Source: a virus. Taken from it: a stretch of 64,000 nucleotides of DNA. Shown one piece after another: positions 1 to 9,572 of the stretch. The DNA lies in the IMG/VR virus record IMGVR_UViG_3300050821_018050, positions 32,001 to 96,000 of that record. One strand, given 5' to 3'. How positions within the stretch are numbered: position 1 is the stretch's first letter; each line of letters begins with the position of its first letter. A program made the translations under genes and the position numbers. Below the pieces are notes generated by a model that did not search any database, was not told the origin of the DNA, and saw only the letters and a list, made by a program, of their open reading frames with translations.

Positions 1-86
1 AAGATGAAGAAGATCAAACATCTGAAGATCCTCGTTATACAGACATGCCGAAGGCATCTGGAAGACTTGGGCCAGCAGATCAGTAA
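1..86 (+). CDS. 3' end of an upstream gene (acidic C-terminus), truncated by window edge
   Basis: Open frame from position 3 (DEEDQTSEDPRY...PADQ) ending TAA at 84-86, just before a CCTAATAT motif. Confidence 0.55.
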   Translation, partial: DEEDQTSEDPRYTDMPKASGRLGPADQ

Positions 87-87
87 A

Positions 88-95
88 CCTAATAT
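88..95 (+). promoter_or_regulatory. Putative late promoter CCTAATAT
   Basis: Octamer recurring upstream of + strand virion genes; followed by AAGGA SD. Confidence 0.65.
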
Positions 96-114
96 TTGAT
101 ATAAGGAATTGAAC

Positions 115-498
115 ATGCAGAACAAAAGACTTTATAATACTCCAAAAAGACCATCAATGGCAGTGCAAGGCGGGATCGCCGGTTATGCGGGTCGATTACA
201 GCCACTAAATACACCTAATGCGGATTTATCGACAGCGGTTAGTGTGGGACAGAGCATGGTAATAGCTCTTTATAATTCAGCCACTACCACTCAGTTTTAT
301 AATACGGGCATAGACAACACTGTTCTAGCTACTAATTTTACAAATGCAATGCCTATTCCACCATTGAGCTATTTGTACATAAATACATGTTCTGATTCTT
401 ATATTATTACCACTGCTGGTGTTTATGGTTTCTGGTCATATGATGAAGTTCAATATACCAACAATAATGATCAACCAAACCAATCTTTAAACGTATAG
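115..498 (+). CDS. Hypothetical protein, probably virion-associated
   Basis: ORF 109..498; AAGGAA SD favours ATG at 115; follows late motif. Confidence 0.65.
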   Translation: MQNKRLYNTPKRPSMAVQGGIAGYAGRLQPLNTPNADLSTAVSVGQSMVIALYNSATTTQFYNTGIDNTVLATNFTNAMPIPPLSYLYINTCSDSYIITTAGVYGFWSYDEVQYTNNNDQPNQSLNV

Positions 499-510
499 GA
501 TCATTACATC

Positions 511-1056
511 TTGAAACCCAAAAATAAATCAGAATTACTAATGCAACTTAAGTCAAAGTTGACCAAAGCTAAAATGGCTGAAGGCCCATCTGGAGCTGCG
601 ATGCCAAAAGCTCCAGCCCCGCCACAAGTGCCTAAACCCCCAGTAGCTCCCGGTAATAGCCCAGCAGCGCAGCAAGCCAAACAAGGACAAACTGCGGCTG
701 TAAAGATGGCTTCCGCTCCTCCTAAAGCACCCCAAGCTCCTAAACCTCCACAAATGGGTAAATCAGAAACTTACTTTTCGCATAAACGCAAAGAACTTAC
801 TATTTCTGAATCACAACTTTTTACAGAATGCGAACATTGCGGAGTGCCTCAATTCACAAAAACTGAACAAGGGCCATCTTATAAACCCTGTGCTTGTTTT
901 ATGGTTACTAAGAATGAACAATTTGTAACATTGAAAAAGAATGAAACAGGTTATGCATTAGATTTCAATCCTAAAGCAGATGCTGATTCGGTTAAAGCCT
1001 TTTTGCTAGCACTTAAGGCAAGATTACTGGTGACAAAGAAGTTCGGAGACGATTAA
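511..1056 (+). CDS. Head-region protein: Pro/Ala/Lys-rich N-terminus, C-terminal CxxC...CxC domain
   Basis: 181-aa ORF; PKAP/PKPP repeats; MGKSE motif; CEHC...CAC. Confidence 0.7.
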   Translation: MKPKNKSELLMQLKSKLTKAKMAEGPSGAAMPKAPAPPQVPKPPVAPGNSPAAQQAKQGQTAAVKMASAPPKAPQAPKPPQMGKSETYFSHKRKELTISESQLFTECEHCGVPQFTKTEQGPSYKPCACFMVTKNEQFVTLKKNETGYALDFNPKADADSVKAFLLALKARLLVTKKFGDD

Positions 1057-1057
1057 T

Positions 1058-2218
1058 ATGGAGCAAAAGCTCTGGGTCGTCATGTTTTCAACCCAAATTG
1101 CTGACCAGATTCGTAAATTATTGGAATCGGGCAAATTTACTGAAGCTACTACGACAAACGACTTACTAAAAGCATTTCAAGAAAAGATCTCATCAGAAGT
1201 TCAAAAATCTGGTGGGCATTTGCACGTTTTTTTACCAGAATGGATGGTAATACAAATCACCCCATCCTTAGCTGAGCAAATTCCAGAATTAGTTAAATCT
1301 TTTAATGATCAAGTCGGATACAGTTTAGCAACCGGAATCGGCCTAAATTTTGGAGAAGCTGTTAAAGCCGCTAAGATTTCTGAAGAAACTGGTGACATTC
1401 AATTATTTGAAGAAGATATGAGCAAATCCCTAGAACTTCCTCCTAATCTATTCGATTATGGTGATCAATCTATCGCAAATAATGATGAGAATACTGATGC
1501 TCAGGAACAAACTTATACAAAAGGGCCAGATTATAAAGCTTCTTTACAGTTAGCAGCCGAACAGCTTCAGGCGATTATACAACAATTGGGTGGCCAAGCT
1601 CAGCAAGATGCGGCTCAGCAAGTACAGCAAATTCAGCAACAACAGGCTGCACAACAACAGCAACAAGCGCAGGCTCAGCCACGAGATTTAGTGGATGCAT
1701 TGCATGGTGAACAAGTCGGCGACCGTAATCCTTACAGAGCCAAATCTGACGACAAAGATTCTGACAAAAAATCATCTGATAAGTCAGATGACGACAGCGA
1801 TACTGAAAAAGATGAAGAACCTACCGATGATTCTGACGGCGACGAAGTGCAACAAAAACTAGGCGGTGCTTTGCTTCACATAAAAGAGCAAATCCCTCAA
1901 TTAATGGATTTAGCAGAAAAAAATCCTGATGCTTTTAAACAGTCAATGACTTTGATCCAAAAACTTCTTTCTCTTACTAAGCAAACAAAATCTGGCGTTG
2001 AAAAAAGTGAATCGCAAGAACTAACCGGGTCTCTCAATAAAAGAATGTTACTTCCAGTAGGTTCAACTAAAAATCGTAAGAAAAAAGTTTTGGTTAATGG
2101 CAAGCAGGTTTGGAGATCCATGATTAGCGGCCAAGTACAAGACTTGAGTGGTCAAGCTATTTCTGGTAAATCTAGTAATGCGAATGCCGAAAAGGGTGCT
2201 CAGCCCAAGGAAGAATAA
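1058..2218 (+). CDS. Head-region hypothetical protein with Gln-rich and acidic linkers
   Basis: 386-aa ORF coupled to neighbours; MSKS, VEKSE motifs. Confidence 0.75.
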   Translation: MEQKLWVVMFSTQIADQIRKLLESGKFTEATTTNDLLKAFQEKISSEVQKSGGHLHVFLPEWMVIQITPSLAEQIPELVKSFNDQVGYSLATGIGLNFGEAVKAAKISEETGDIQLFEEDMSKSLELPPNLFDYGDQSIANNDENTDAQEQTYTKGPDYKASLQLAAEQLQAIIQQLGGQAQQDAAQQVQQIQQQQAAQQQQQAQAQPRDLVDALHGEQVGDRNPYRAKSDDKDSDKKSSDKSDDDSDTEKDEEPTDDSDGDEVQQKLGGALLHIKEQIPQLMDLAEKNPDAFKQSMTLIQKLLSLTKQTKSGVEKSESQELTGSLNKRMLLPVGSTKNRKKKVLVNGKQVWRSMISGQVQDLSGQAISGKSSNANAEKGAQPKEE

Positions 2219-2221
2219 TCC

Positions 2222-3163
2222 ATGGCTGACAATAAAGAATTTTCCATAAATATTAATATTGATGAAGTAGCCCAGAAGTTAGGGCAAGTGGCGGATACTA
2301 TTGCCCCCCAAATTCAAAAATCTGTAGAAAATCTTTCAGCCGCAACTCACGCAAAAATTGTAACTATAGTCAATGAAGCTTTCCCAGAGGATGAATTTAA
2401 GCGTCAATTTTATTTAGGCCAAGGTAAATATGCCAAGACCAACCTAAAATCAGATGAACATCCGTTGGTATTACCTGATTCTAAAAATTTACGTTGGAAT
2501 AAATTAAGCAATAATCTTTGGGTAGTTGAACTGGACCCTTCCGCAGAATGGCTAGAAATGGGTCGAGATAGAGTATCCATGGCAACTGAAGATTGGCTTT
2601 TAAAGCCCGGTCCAAGTCTTAAGCATGCCAAAGATGGATCCACTTATAAAAGCATTCCGATGCCAGCAGGGAAACAGGCATCTCATAGTAAGTCAGACAA
2701 GGGAGAAGCTTTTCTTAAGGATGCTTTGATGCAGTCTATAGAAAAAGCTGGAATTGATCTCAAGACCATACAGATGGATAACGCCGGTAATCCAAAATTA
2801 GGAATTACTGATAAAATTGATACCTCAGATTTTGAATGGCAAGGCAGCTCCATCGCAGGCGCTTTCTCAAGAGGTCGTACTGCAGAAGAATCAGCCGCCA
2901 CGGGGTTACCAGAGCATGAAGGACATTTCATGATTGGAGGAGCAGTCATGCTTCAAAGAGAAGATCCAGACGTTAAGGGCGGTGTAAGGCGTGACGCCGT
3001 TGTATTTCGCACAGTTTCAAGTAAACATTTAGGGGAAGACAGATGGATGGCTCCCGCAGTCCCCGGCATCCATGCTTTTGAGCAAGCTGAAAGATGGGCT
3101 AATGACCAATGGAATGCCATTGTAAAACAAATGGATGACCAATTCAATAAAGTTCTGGGGTAG
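2222..3163 (+). CDS. Putative neck/head-tail joining protein
   Basis: 313 aa; C-terminal FRTVSS...W..P motif typical of large-myovirus neck proteins; position before tail genes. Confidence 0.55.
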   Translation: MADNKEFSININIDEVAQKLGQVADTIAPQIQKSVENLSAATHAKIVTIVNEAFPEDEFKRQFYLGQGKYAKTNLKSDEHPLVLPDSKNLRWNKLSNNLWVVELDPSAEWLEMGRDRVSMATEDWLLKPGPSLKHAKDGSTYKSIPMPAGKQASHSKSDKGEAFLKDALMQSIEKAGIDLKTIQMDNAGNPKLGITDKIDTSDFEWQGSSIAGAFSRGRTAEESAATGLPEHEGHFMIGGAVMLQREDPDVKGGVRRDAVVFRTVSSKHLGEDRWMAPAVPGIHAFEQAERWANDQWNAIVKQMDDQFNKVLG

Positions 3164-3172
3164 ATTTTATCC

Positions 3173-3180
3173 CCTAATAT
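3173..3180 (+). promoter_or_regulatory. Putative late promoter CCTAATAT
   Basis: Intergenic copy 22 nt upstream of ATG 3203. Confidence 0.65.
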
Positions 3181-3202
3181 TGTATATTAAAGGTAGTACT
3201 AA

Positions 3203-4246
3203 ATGGGCGCTCTTCCTACAGATATTCTAATCCGAACCGCACTAGAAGCCGCAATTCAGGATATGCGCCGTAACGCATATTTGCTTAATGATTGTTTTGG
3301 TGGTCTGGCCAATGACTTGGTATCAAAAGCCGAGTATGGTCCTAAAGAGCCAGCCAAAGCTTTAGAATTTATCACAAAAAATAACATACCAGTTTTTTTA
3401 CCTTTTCGGCCAGATGGAATCACTGTACCTTGTGTATTAATTAATCAAATTGCTGCAAGTGAAGCATCTAACCGTGCTTCTTTAGCCGATGATGGTGAAG
3501 ACAATTCGTTTGATCCTGTTTTGGCTGGTCGACCAGTTCATAGAATCCTTCCAGAAATGAATCCTACTTACGATATCACTAATGGTCAATTAACTATTCC
3601 AACAGACCATAACACATATCAAATTGCTCCAGGCATGTTTTTGGTAACGGCTACCGGCAATAAATATCAAATTCAATCTACAATCGATGATCAAACCATA
3701 CAACTTCAAACGGGAATTACCGAGGATCTTCGAAATTCATATGTTACCCCAGCTCCAAATAATTGGTTAGCTCATAGAGAGCAATTATTTTTTACAGAAA
3801 GTTGGAGTATAACGGTTATTGGAGCAGAACCAGTTCAGGCAGGATGGTTGAGACAGTTCATTTCATATTGCTTAGGAAGATATCGCGAAGCATACTTAGA
3901 GGGTCGCGGTTTTGCGATCAGTTCATTTCAGTCAGGACCAGTAGTGACTAGCTCGGTACCTAATTGTTACGAAGCAAAATTTACATTAAGTGGAGATGTT
4001 GAACAAAGTTGGATTAAATATGTTGCTCCTAAATTTACTCGTGTAGAAGGCGGCATAAAAATCCTAGATATGCCTAAGACTCCCATTGTATATGAGGATG
4101 AGGCCGCTAAACAGGGATGGTCATCGGTTAATGATACATTTGTAAATACTTCAAGCAATGAAGCGGACATAGATACATTTGGTGATGCCACGCACGATGC
4201 TCTTGGAATAAATTCAGATGATATTGATTTGTTGGGGGAGGACTAA
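3203..4246 (+). CDS. Putative tail completion/neck protein
   Basis: 347 aa; context between neck gene and sheath region; late motif upstream. Confidence 0.5.
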   Translation: MGALPTDILIRTALEAAIQDMRRNAYLLNDCFGGLANDLVSKAEYGPKEPAKALEFITKNNIPVFLPFRPDGITVPCVLINQIAASEASNRASLADDGEDNSFDPVLAGRPVHRILPEMNPTYDITNGQLTIPTDHNTYQIAPGMFLVTATGNKYQIQSTIDDQTIQLQTGITEDLRNSYVTPAPNNWLAHREQLFFTESWSITVIGAEPVQAGWLRQFISYCLGRYREAYLEGRGFAISSFQSGPVVTSSVPNCYEAKFTLSGDVEQSWIKYVAPKFTRVEGGIKILDMPKTPIVYEDEAAKQGWSSVNDTFVNTSSNEADIDTFGDATHDALGINSDDIDLLGED

Positions 4247-6784
4247 ATGAGACCTCCTATGCGCGAAGGCGATACAGAAACTATGAATAATGGCGAAACA
4301 TATGCTGCCATAAATCATCCTGATCTCGGCTTAGTTTGGGATTTACATCCACAGCATCATGAAGAGAAAAAACAAAAGTTTTTGGTTCAAGCTAAACAAT
4401 GGCTTCAACACCAACCGCCAGAACATCATGAAGTGATCCGATCATTTGTAAATAAGATTTTAAAAGATCCCAACAAGCATTTACGCGTAGGCCAAGATAC
4501 TCGAACTGGCCCAACGGTACCTCGTTTCCGTCACATTAATCAAATGGTAAATGATCATCCTGACACAAAACTGACAGTACATTCACCAAATTCATTGACA
4601 TTGCAGGTTAAGCGTCATAGCCATGATACAAATAATGAAGGTTTATCCAATTTTCACTATGATATGACGAATGATGTTGTAAAATCAGAAGATTTATGGT
4701 ATAATGGAGTATATGGACTCTATAAAGACGAATTCGGGAATAACTATCGAGTCTCTCATGAAGCTGGGGCCTGCTCTATCTTCAGACGAAAGAGTGGCGA
4801 TTTGGGAAAAAGCGAATTTGGGTATGATCAGCTCGATGAACCAAGTACTAAACTTATCCTTGGAAGAATTCAGCCTCTTCTTAAATCTTTACGATACGGG
4901 AGCCATTCTGGAATTTCTGACCCCATCTCAGATGAAAGCGATAATGATCCATTTCAAGGTGACGGGTCATCGATACTAGAAAAAGGTGAAAAAGTGCATT
5001 CTGGAATTATGGTCGCAATACCAATTCCTACTGATATTGGCGAAAAGATTGCCGTTAAGAACGGCGAATCGCCAGATAAAATGCATGCAACGCTTCTATA
5101 TGTTCCTAAAGTTGGAGACAATGAAGAAGTATTTTATAAGATTGTTGCTATAGTGTCGGAAGCAGCCAAGACTTTTGCGCCATTGAAATCAAAAATTGCT
5201 GGGATCGGTCGTTTTAGTGCTAGTAAGTCAAGCGACGGCAAAGATGTCTTTTATGCTGGCTATGATGCCCCTGCATTACCCGAATTACGTCAATATATTT
5301 TTGATAAAGTAAAAGAATCTGGAATTGATTGGGAAAGTAAATTCGGATTCACTCCCCATATAACTTTAAAATATATTGGTACTGAAGACGAACTTCCACA
5401 AAATCGTCTTGAAGGCGAGGAATTCATTTGTGACAAAATCATCATCAAGTCTCAAAGCTTCAAAGAAGAAGAAACATTTACGGGAGATCGAGTTGCAAAA
5501 TCGGATCAACTGTCAGCTCATTTTAGTTCCCTTCTTAAATCTGGTGATGGTGGGGGTAAATTTATTCGAAGATTGCCCGATCAGCATAGCAATAGATTTG
5601 GGTCCGAGTGGTACAAAAAATCTAAAAAAGATAAACGATTAGAAATTCAAAAACCTGATCCGCATGATAAGATACCCTTAAAAACTTCCATTGCCGATGC
5701 CGTTGCTTCGGTTCTTGGCCCAAAAATTAAAAAAGAAGAGCTTGATAAGGGGGCGGCACAACGTCTTTTTCCCGTAGAATCCCCTAAACCGCTACCCACT
5801 TCTTCTAAATATAATTTAAAGGTTCCAGGAAGAGAAAAAGAAGAACAATGGCAATCTGGCATGAATGGTAGAGATTTGCTTCCTGTGCAGTCTAACAATG
5901 AAAGAGCAAGAGGTTTATTAAAATTAACTGGTCAAACTAATCATAGAAAAAATTCTAAAACCGGCGAAAATGAATTTTTATTGCATCGCGCTCACCATCC
6001 ATCTGAAGTTTTTGGTGAATCCCATAAAAGTAGATCTTCATCTTGGACACCACGTAAATGGGTAGCAGAAGAAGAAGCTAAAGTTCATCAAAAAGAACAT
6101 CCCTCTAAAATAACATCGGCATGGTTTCCAGAATCTGATATAAAACATTATACTTTTCAGACTCCAGGCGCATTTCAATCCGAAGATGGTAAACCATACC
6201 CAGAATTTGGATTTGAAAAAGAAGTGGTTATTAAGCCAGGACACAAAGGCATTATACACAGTCAAAATGATATTGTTAAAAAATCAGAATATTTAAGTAA
6301 AGCTGACGACTGGAAATCAAGTTACGAACAGCATTTATCGCAGCCCAACAAATTAATCCATTATTCTAAAAAGGCGGGATTAACATCTTTGGATCCAACT
6401 TTCCAAGGAACCGGCGCGCCGTCTGAAGAATACAAGCACGGATTACCTTCAATCCCCCGTACATATTTTTATCAACATGGCACCGAACCAGAAGATATTG
6501 TGAAACAAGGTGCAGTTGCAAAATATACGGCTACTTTAAAACCGGAACATAAAATTTATGACTTGGCCCACGATAAGGACAATATTCACCATAAATTAAA
6601 AGTAGCTTCTATGGGTAAACAAGTTAACCCAGGAGTAGTAAGTTCAGATGATTATTTGCATGCTATTAAAGCCGCAGGTTACCACGGCTTCAAAAATTCG
6701 GCGTCGACCCAGCTTCCTAATGTTATAGCACTTTTTCACGCCCATCCGATAGATTACGAGGAGACTGTCCATGAAAAAACGTAA
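4247..6784 (+). CDS. Polyvalent protein: 2H phosphoesterase (Acb1/LigT-like) plus two ADP-ribosyltransferase-like domains
   Basis: HATL (~5084) and HITL (~5357) HxT pair; LHR...SSWT...EKEVVI (R-S-E ART pattern, ~5970-6240); IHYS...G.G...TYFY...GYHG (ART-like, ~6350-6750); domains bounded by xxK[S/G/A] motifs. Confidence 0.7.
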   Translation: MRPPMREGDTETMNNGETYAAINHPDLGLVWDLHPQHHEEKKQKFLVQAKQWLQHQPPEHHEVIRSFVNKILKDPNKHLRVGQDTRTGPTVPRFRHINQMVNDHPDTKLTVHSPNSLTLQVKRHSHDTNNEGLSNFHYDMTNDVVKSEDLWYNGVYGLYKDEFGNNYRVSHEAGACSIFRRKSGDLGKSEFGYDQLDEPSTKLILGRIQPLLKSLRYGSHSGISDPISDESDNDPFQGDGSSILEKGEKVHSGIMVAIPIPTDIGEKIAVKNGESPDKMHATLLYVPKVGDNEEVFYKIVAIVSEAAKTFAPLKSKIAGIGRFSASKSSDGKDVFYAGYDAPALPELRQYIFDKVKESGIDWESKFGFTPHITLKYIGTEDELPQNRLEGEEFICDKIIIKSQSFKEEETFTGDRVAKSDQLSAHFSSLLKSGDGGGKFIRRLPDQHSNRFGSEWYKKSKKDKRLEIQKPDPHDKIPLKTSIADAVASVLGPKIKKEELDKGAAQRLFPVESPKPLPTSSKYNLKVPGREKEEQWQSGMNGRDLLPVQSNNERARGLLKLTGQTNHRKNSKTGENEFLLHRAHHPSEVFGESHKSRSSSWTPRKWVAEEEAKVHQKEHPSKITSAWFPESDIKHYTFQTPGAFQSEDGKPYPEFGFEKEVVIKPGHKGIIHSQNDIVKKSEYLSKADDWKSSYEQHLSQPNKLIHYSKKAGLTSLDPTFQGTGAPSEEYKHGLPSIPRTYFYQHGTEPEDIVKQGAVAKYTATLKPEHKIYDLAHDKDNIHHKLKVASMGKQVNPGVVSSDDYLHAIKAAGYHGFKNSASTQLPNVIALFHAHPIDYEETVHEKT
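4677..4705 (+). promoter_or_regulatory. Internal sigma70-type promoter TTGTAA-17-TATAAT with extended -10 TG
   Basis: -35 at 4677-4682, -10 at 4700-4705, ATG 7 nt downstream (4713), same geometry as other leaderless promoters in the window. Confidence 0.7.
4713..4979 (+). CDS. Overprinted 88-aa hypothetical protein nested out of frame in 4247..6784
   Basis: ORF track 4704..4979; own promoter with leaderless ATG 4713; amphipathic-helix-like sequence. Confidence 0.55.
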   Translation: MDSIKTNSGITIESLMKLGPALSSDERVAIWEKANLGMISSMNQVLNLSLEEFSLFLNLYDTGAILEFLTPSQMKAIMIHFKVTGHRY

Positions 6785-7589
6785 CATGGATTGGAAATTG
6801 GATCAATGCAAATTTGCAGCAGTTCAATATAAATCAAAAATTGAGTGGAAAATGAAAGATCATAAATCTTACGAAGCAGCGCGTAAAAATAAATGGATAA
6901 AAGAATGTTCTGAACACATGGTAAGACCTCAAGTGCATAATAAAAAATGGGATTTCGAATCCTGTAAAATAGAATCTTTAAAACACAAGACTAGGGGTAA
7001 ATGGCAAGCACATCACGCTTCTTCTTATCAGATCGCACAAAGGAACGGATGGCTAGAAGAATGCTGTTCGCATATGTCTAACGCAAGAAATCTCAACAAC
7101 ACTTGGACGTTGGATAGATGTAAGTTAGAGGCATTAAAATACACAACTAGATCCGAATGGTGGAGAACAGATGGGAAATCATATGACGCTGCCAGAAGTA
7201 AAAATTTTTTAGAGGATTGCTGCGCTCATATGCCAAAGCGTAGTCATTCTTCTATGCAAGAAAATATAATTTTATCTATAGTAAAAAATAAATTTCCACT
7301 CGCGTGCTCTCGTAAATTCGGTAAAAATAAAAAATTTCAATCCGGGAATAGATTCGAGCTTGATATTTATATTCCAGAATTGAATAAGGGTATTGAATTC
7401 AATGGAGAATATTGGCACAGAGAAGGGTTGTTGCGTAAAGGTAAAGACCCCGCAAAATACCATAGTTTGAAGCGAGATTTTTTTAAGAAACTATCCATAG
7501 ATTATATAGAAATTTGGGAAAATGAATGGGCAAAAAATAAAGATTTATGCCTCTTAAAAATTAATGATTTTTTAGGAGTTAGCTTATGA
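6771..7589 (+). CDS. Free-standing homing endonuclease-like protein (Cys/His repeats plus Vsr/DUF559-like nuclease)
   Basis: Three W..C..A.KY..W...SY..A...W..C.HM repeats; ELDIYIPELNKGIEFNGEYWH; paralog of 47474..48277. Confidence 0.75.
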   Translation: MKKRNMDWKLDQCKFAAVQYKSKIEWKMKDHKSYEAARKNKWIKECSEHMVRPQVHNKKWDFESCKIESLKHKTRGKWQAHHASSYQIAQRNGWLEECCSHMSNARNLNNTWTLDRCKLEALKYTTRSEWWRTDGKSYDAARSKNFLEDCCAHMPKRSHSSMQENIILSIVKNKFPLACSRKFGKNKKFQSGNRFELDIYIPELNKGIEFNGEYWHREGLLRKGKDPAKYHSLKRDFFKKLSIDYIEIWENEWAKNKDLCLLKINDFLGVSL

Positions 7590-9292
7590 AAAATCCATTT
7601 GATGACCATCACATTATTTTTAGTGCCGAAGGTGCTATGCATCCGACAAAACATCAAGTTGTTCCTTCTCATGAGGAAGTTTTAGATTATCTAAGATCGC
7701 AGGGAGAAAATGCTGTTGGGGTTCAAGGTCATTATGGCTCTCCAGAAAGATCCATTCTAGTTAATTCCCCTAAAAATCCAAAAGGCCTTCATCAGCTTGC
7801 TACCGATCTAGGTCAAGATTCTATTCTTGAATCCAAAAATGGTCAACATGCATTAACTTACTTAAACGGTGCCCAAAAAGGAAAAGTAATCACTGGAGAA
7901 GGAACTACATTCCATCCATTGAAGCCGGAAGACCTTTATACGACTATTAAAACCCCTAAAGGTGATGTGCATTTTAGTCATAATTTAAATTTTAGTCAAT
8001 CTGCAGTAAATAAATCAGAATCTGGAATGGGTGATCTATCTACTGACGAAGATACGAATGATTTGATGAATCGAGAAGAAAATAAATATTTCGTCAGTAG
8101 GGATCAATTGGATCTTCTTACCCAAACGGCCAAAGAAAATCTTAAAGAGGGTGATATTGATACGGAAAGTCGCTATAATACCAATAGAACTTTTTACATG
8201 GATAATAAAGATTTAGACTCCATGAAAGATGGATTAGATGGCATTAAGCCACGACTAAAAATCAGAGTAAGACAATATGCTCCGAATCATAAAGATTGGG
8301 AAAATATTGCTTATGTCGAAATCAAGGCAAAGAAGAAAGACGGGATGACGAATAAATGTCGCGTGCGTATTTATGCTGACGACATCGAACCTTTCCTCGA
8401 AGGAAAGCCTTTAGAAAATAGCAAAGATTTAATTAATCTTAATAAAGATATAACAAAAAAACTTTTGGATAAAAGAATTTTAGCGGTAAACAATATTGTT
8501 TCCACGTATGGATTTAAAAAACAAATTGAAGTTAGATATGAACGCAGAGCTTATACTGGCAAAAAAGTCAGGATTACTATTGACGATAATTTGAAATATT
8601 TGGATGCCACAGAAATTTCTCCAGAAAATAAAGAAGCTATTAAAAATACAGATGGCTGGAAGCGTATGGACAAGCATACAGATAAACTTCGCCGTAAAGA
8701 CTATTTAATAGTAGAAGTCAAACATCAAGGTGATGCGCCAAGATGGGTAAAAGATCTTTTGGATAAAACTGATGCAAAGGAAGTAAAATTTTCCAAATAT
8801 TGCGCCGCCGTAGCCTCGTATATTAAATCTGGCAAAAAAGAAAATAATATTAGTAGACTTAGTTTCGACTTTTCTGATAATCTGGATAAGACAGAAAGTT
8901 TAACTAAGATGCCAAAAGTTTTTACCGGAACACCAAAAAAGCCACATACTACTGTATATCGCATGCAAGATAAACATGGAGAAGGTCCGTATATGGCCGG
9001 AATTCCAGCCCTAGACAATCATGGTTCCTCTTCCTCGGCGCGAGGACTATCTACTCCTGATCCAAAATATGATCAAGGATTCAATGCCACTGATTTAAAA
9101 GTATTACACGATTCTCCTGCTGTTAAATTTGGGTTTGAAAAACCTGAACATGCGCATGAATGGTTTAGTCCAGATGAAATTGAAGAATTGGGGAATCACG
9201 GGTTTACACTTCAGCCCGTTAAAGCTGCGCACGTCTGGTCATCAGGTAAACAGGCATTTTATAAGAAGTATGTAAAGCCTAAAAAGCCTTAA
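7586..9292 (+). CDS. Polyvalent protein: DUF3293/SAM-lyase-like domain, VTC (CYTH-like) domain, unknown C-terminal domain
   Basis: GHYG..ERSILV...LGQDSIL; REENKY...YMD...KIRVRQY...EIK.K...YERRAY...RITID...VEVK...FSKY (VTC pattern); VNKSE and LDKTE at domain borders. Confidence 0.72.
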   Translation: MKNPFDDHHIIFSAEGAMHPTKHQVVPSHEEVLDYLRSQGENAVGVQGHYGSPERSILVNSPKNPKGLHQLATDLGQDSILESKNGQHALTYLNGAQKGKVITGEGTTFHPLKPEDLYTTIKTPKGDVHFSHNLNFSQSAVNKSESGMGDLSTDEDTNDLMNREENKYFVSRDQLDLLTQTAKENLKEGDIDTESRYNTNRTFYMDNKDLDSMKDGLDGIKPRLKIRVRQYAPNHKDWENIAYVEIKAKKKDGMTNKCRVRIYADDIEPFLEGKPLENSKDLINLNKDITKKLLDKRILAVNNIVSTYGFKKQIEVRYERRAYTGKKVRITIDDNLKYLDATEISPENKEAIKNTDGWKRMDKHTDKLRRKDYLIVEVKHQGDAPRWVKDLLDKTDAKEVKFSKYCAAVASYIKSGKKENNISRLSFDFSDNLDKTESLTKMPKVFTGTPKKPHTTVYRMQDKHGEGPYMAGIPALDNHGSSSSARGLSTPDPKYDQGFNATDLKVLHDSPAVKFGFEKPEHAHEWFSPDEIEELGNHGFTLQPVKAAHVWSSGKQAFYKKYVKPKKP

Positions 9293-9572
9293 GTTCAGGG
9301 AATAGAGTCAATACTAAATCACCATATTTATAAACTCTGTAGGCGTCTAATGTTGGCTCGTACTCAAAGGTTGCCTCACGATAGTTGCATTGATATTTTT
9401 TCCCAAAAATCACGCATAGAGCTATCCAGTAAGTAGTCTTAATATCAATTGTTTGTCGCCCGCGAGTTTTTCTGTAGGAATGGCTGAGAATATAATCAAG
9501 TATACGATTTTTAAGGTCTTTTTTTATCATGCAGCGCCTTAAGTTCTTTAAGAGATTGTCGCATTCCGTCAT
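9279..9572 (-). CDS. Hypothetical protein
   Basis: 97-aa ORF downstream of sigma4-like gene; start uncertain. Confidence 0.55.
   Translation of the reverse strand: MTECDNLLKNLRRCMIKKDLKNRILDYILSHSYRKTRGRQTIDIKTTYWIALCVIFGKKYQCNYREATFEYEPTLDAYRVYKYGDLVLTLFPELKAF

Noticed and set aside
5376-5642. Second out-of-frame ORF inside 4247..6784
   Set aside because: TTG start without promoter or SD, and it overlaps the 2H domain; likely incidental.
6771-7589. Group I intron or intein joining the two polyvalent proteins around the endonuclease
   Set aside because: The endonuclease ORF overlaps both neighbours, leaving no room for ribozyme core; 7586 has its own AGGAG SD; no intein terminal motifs.
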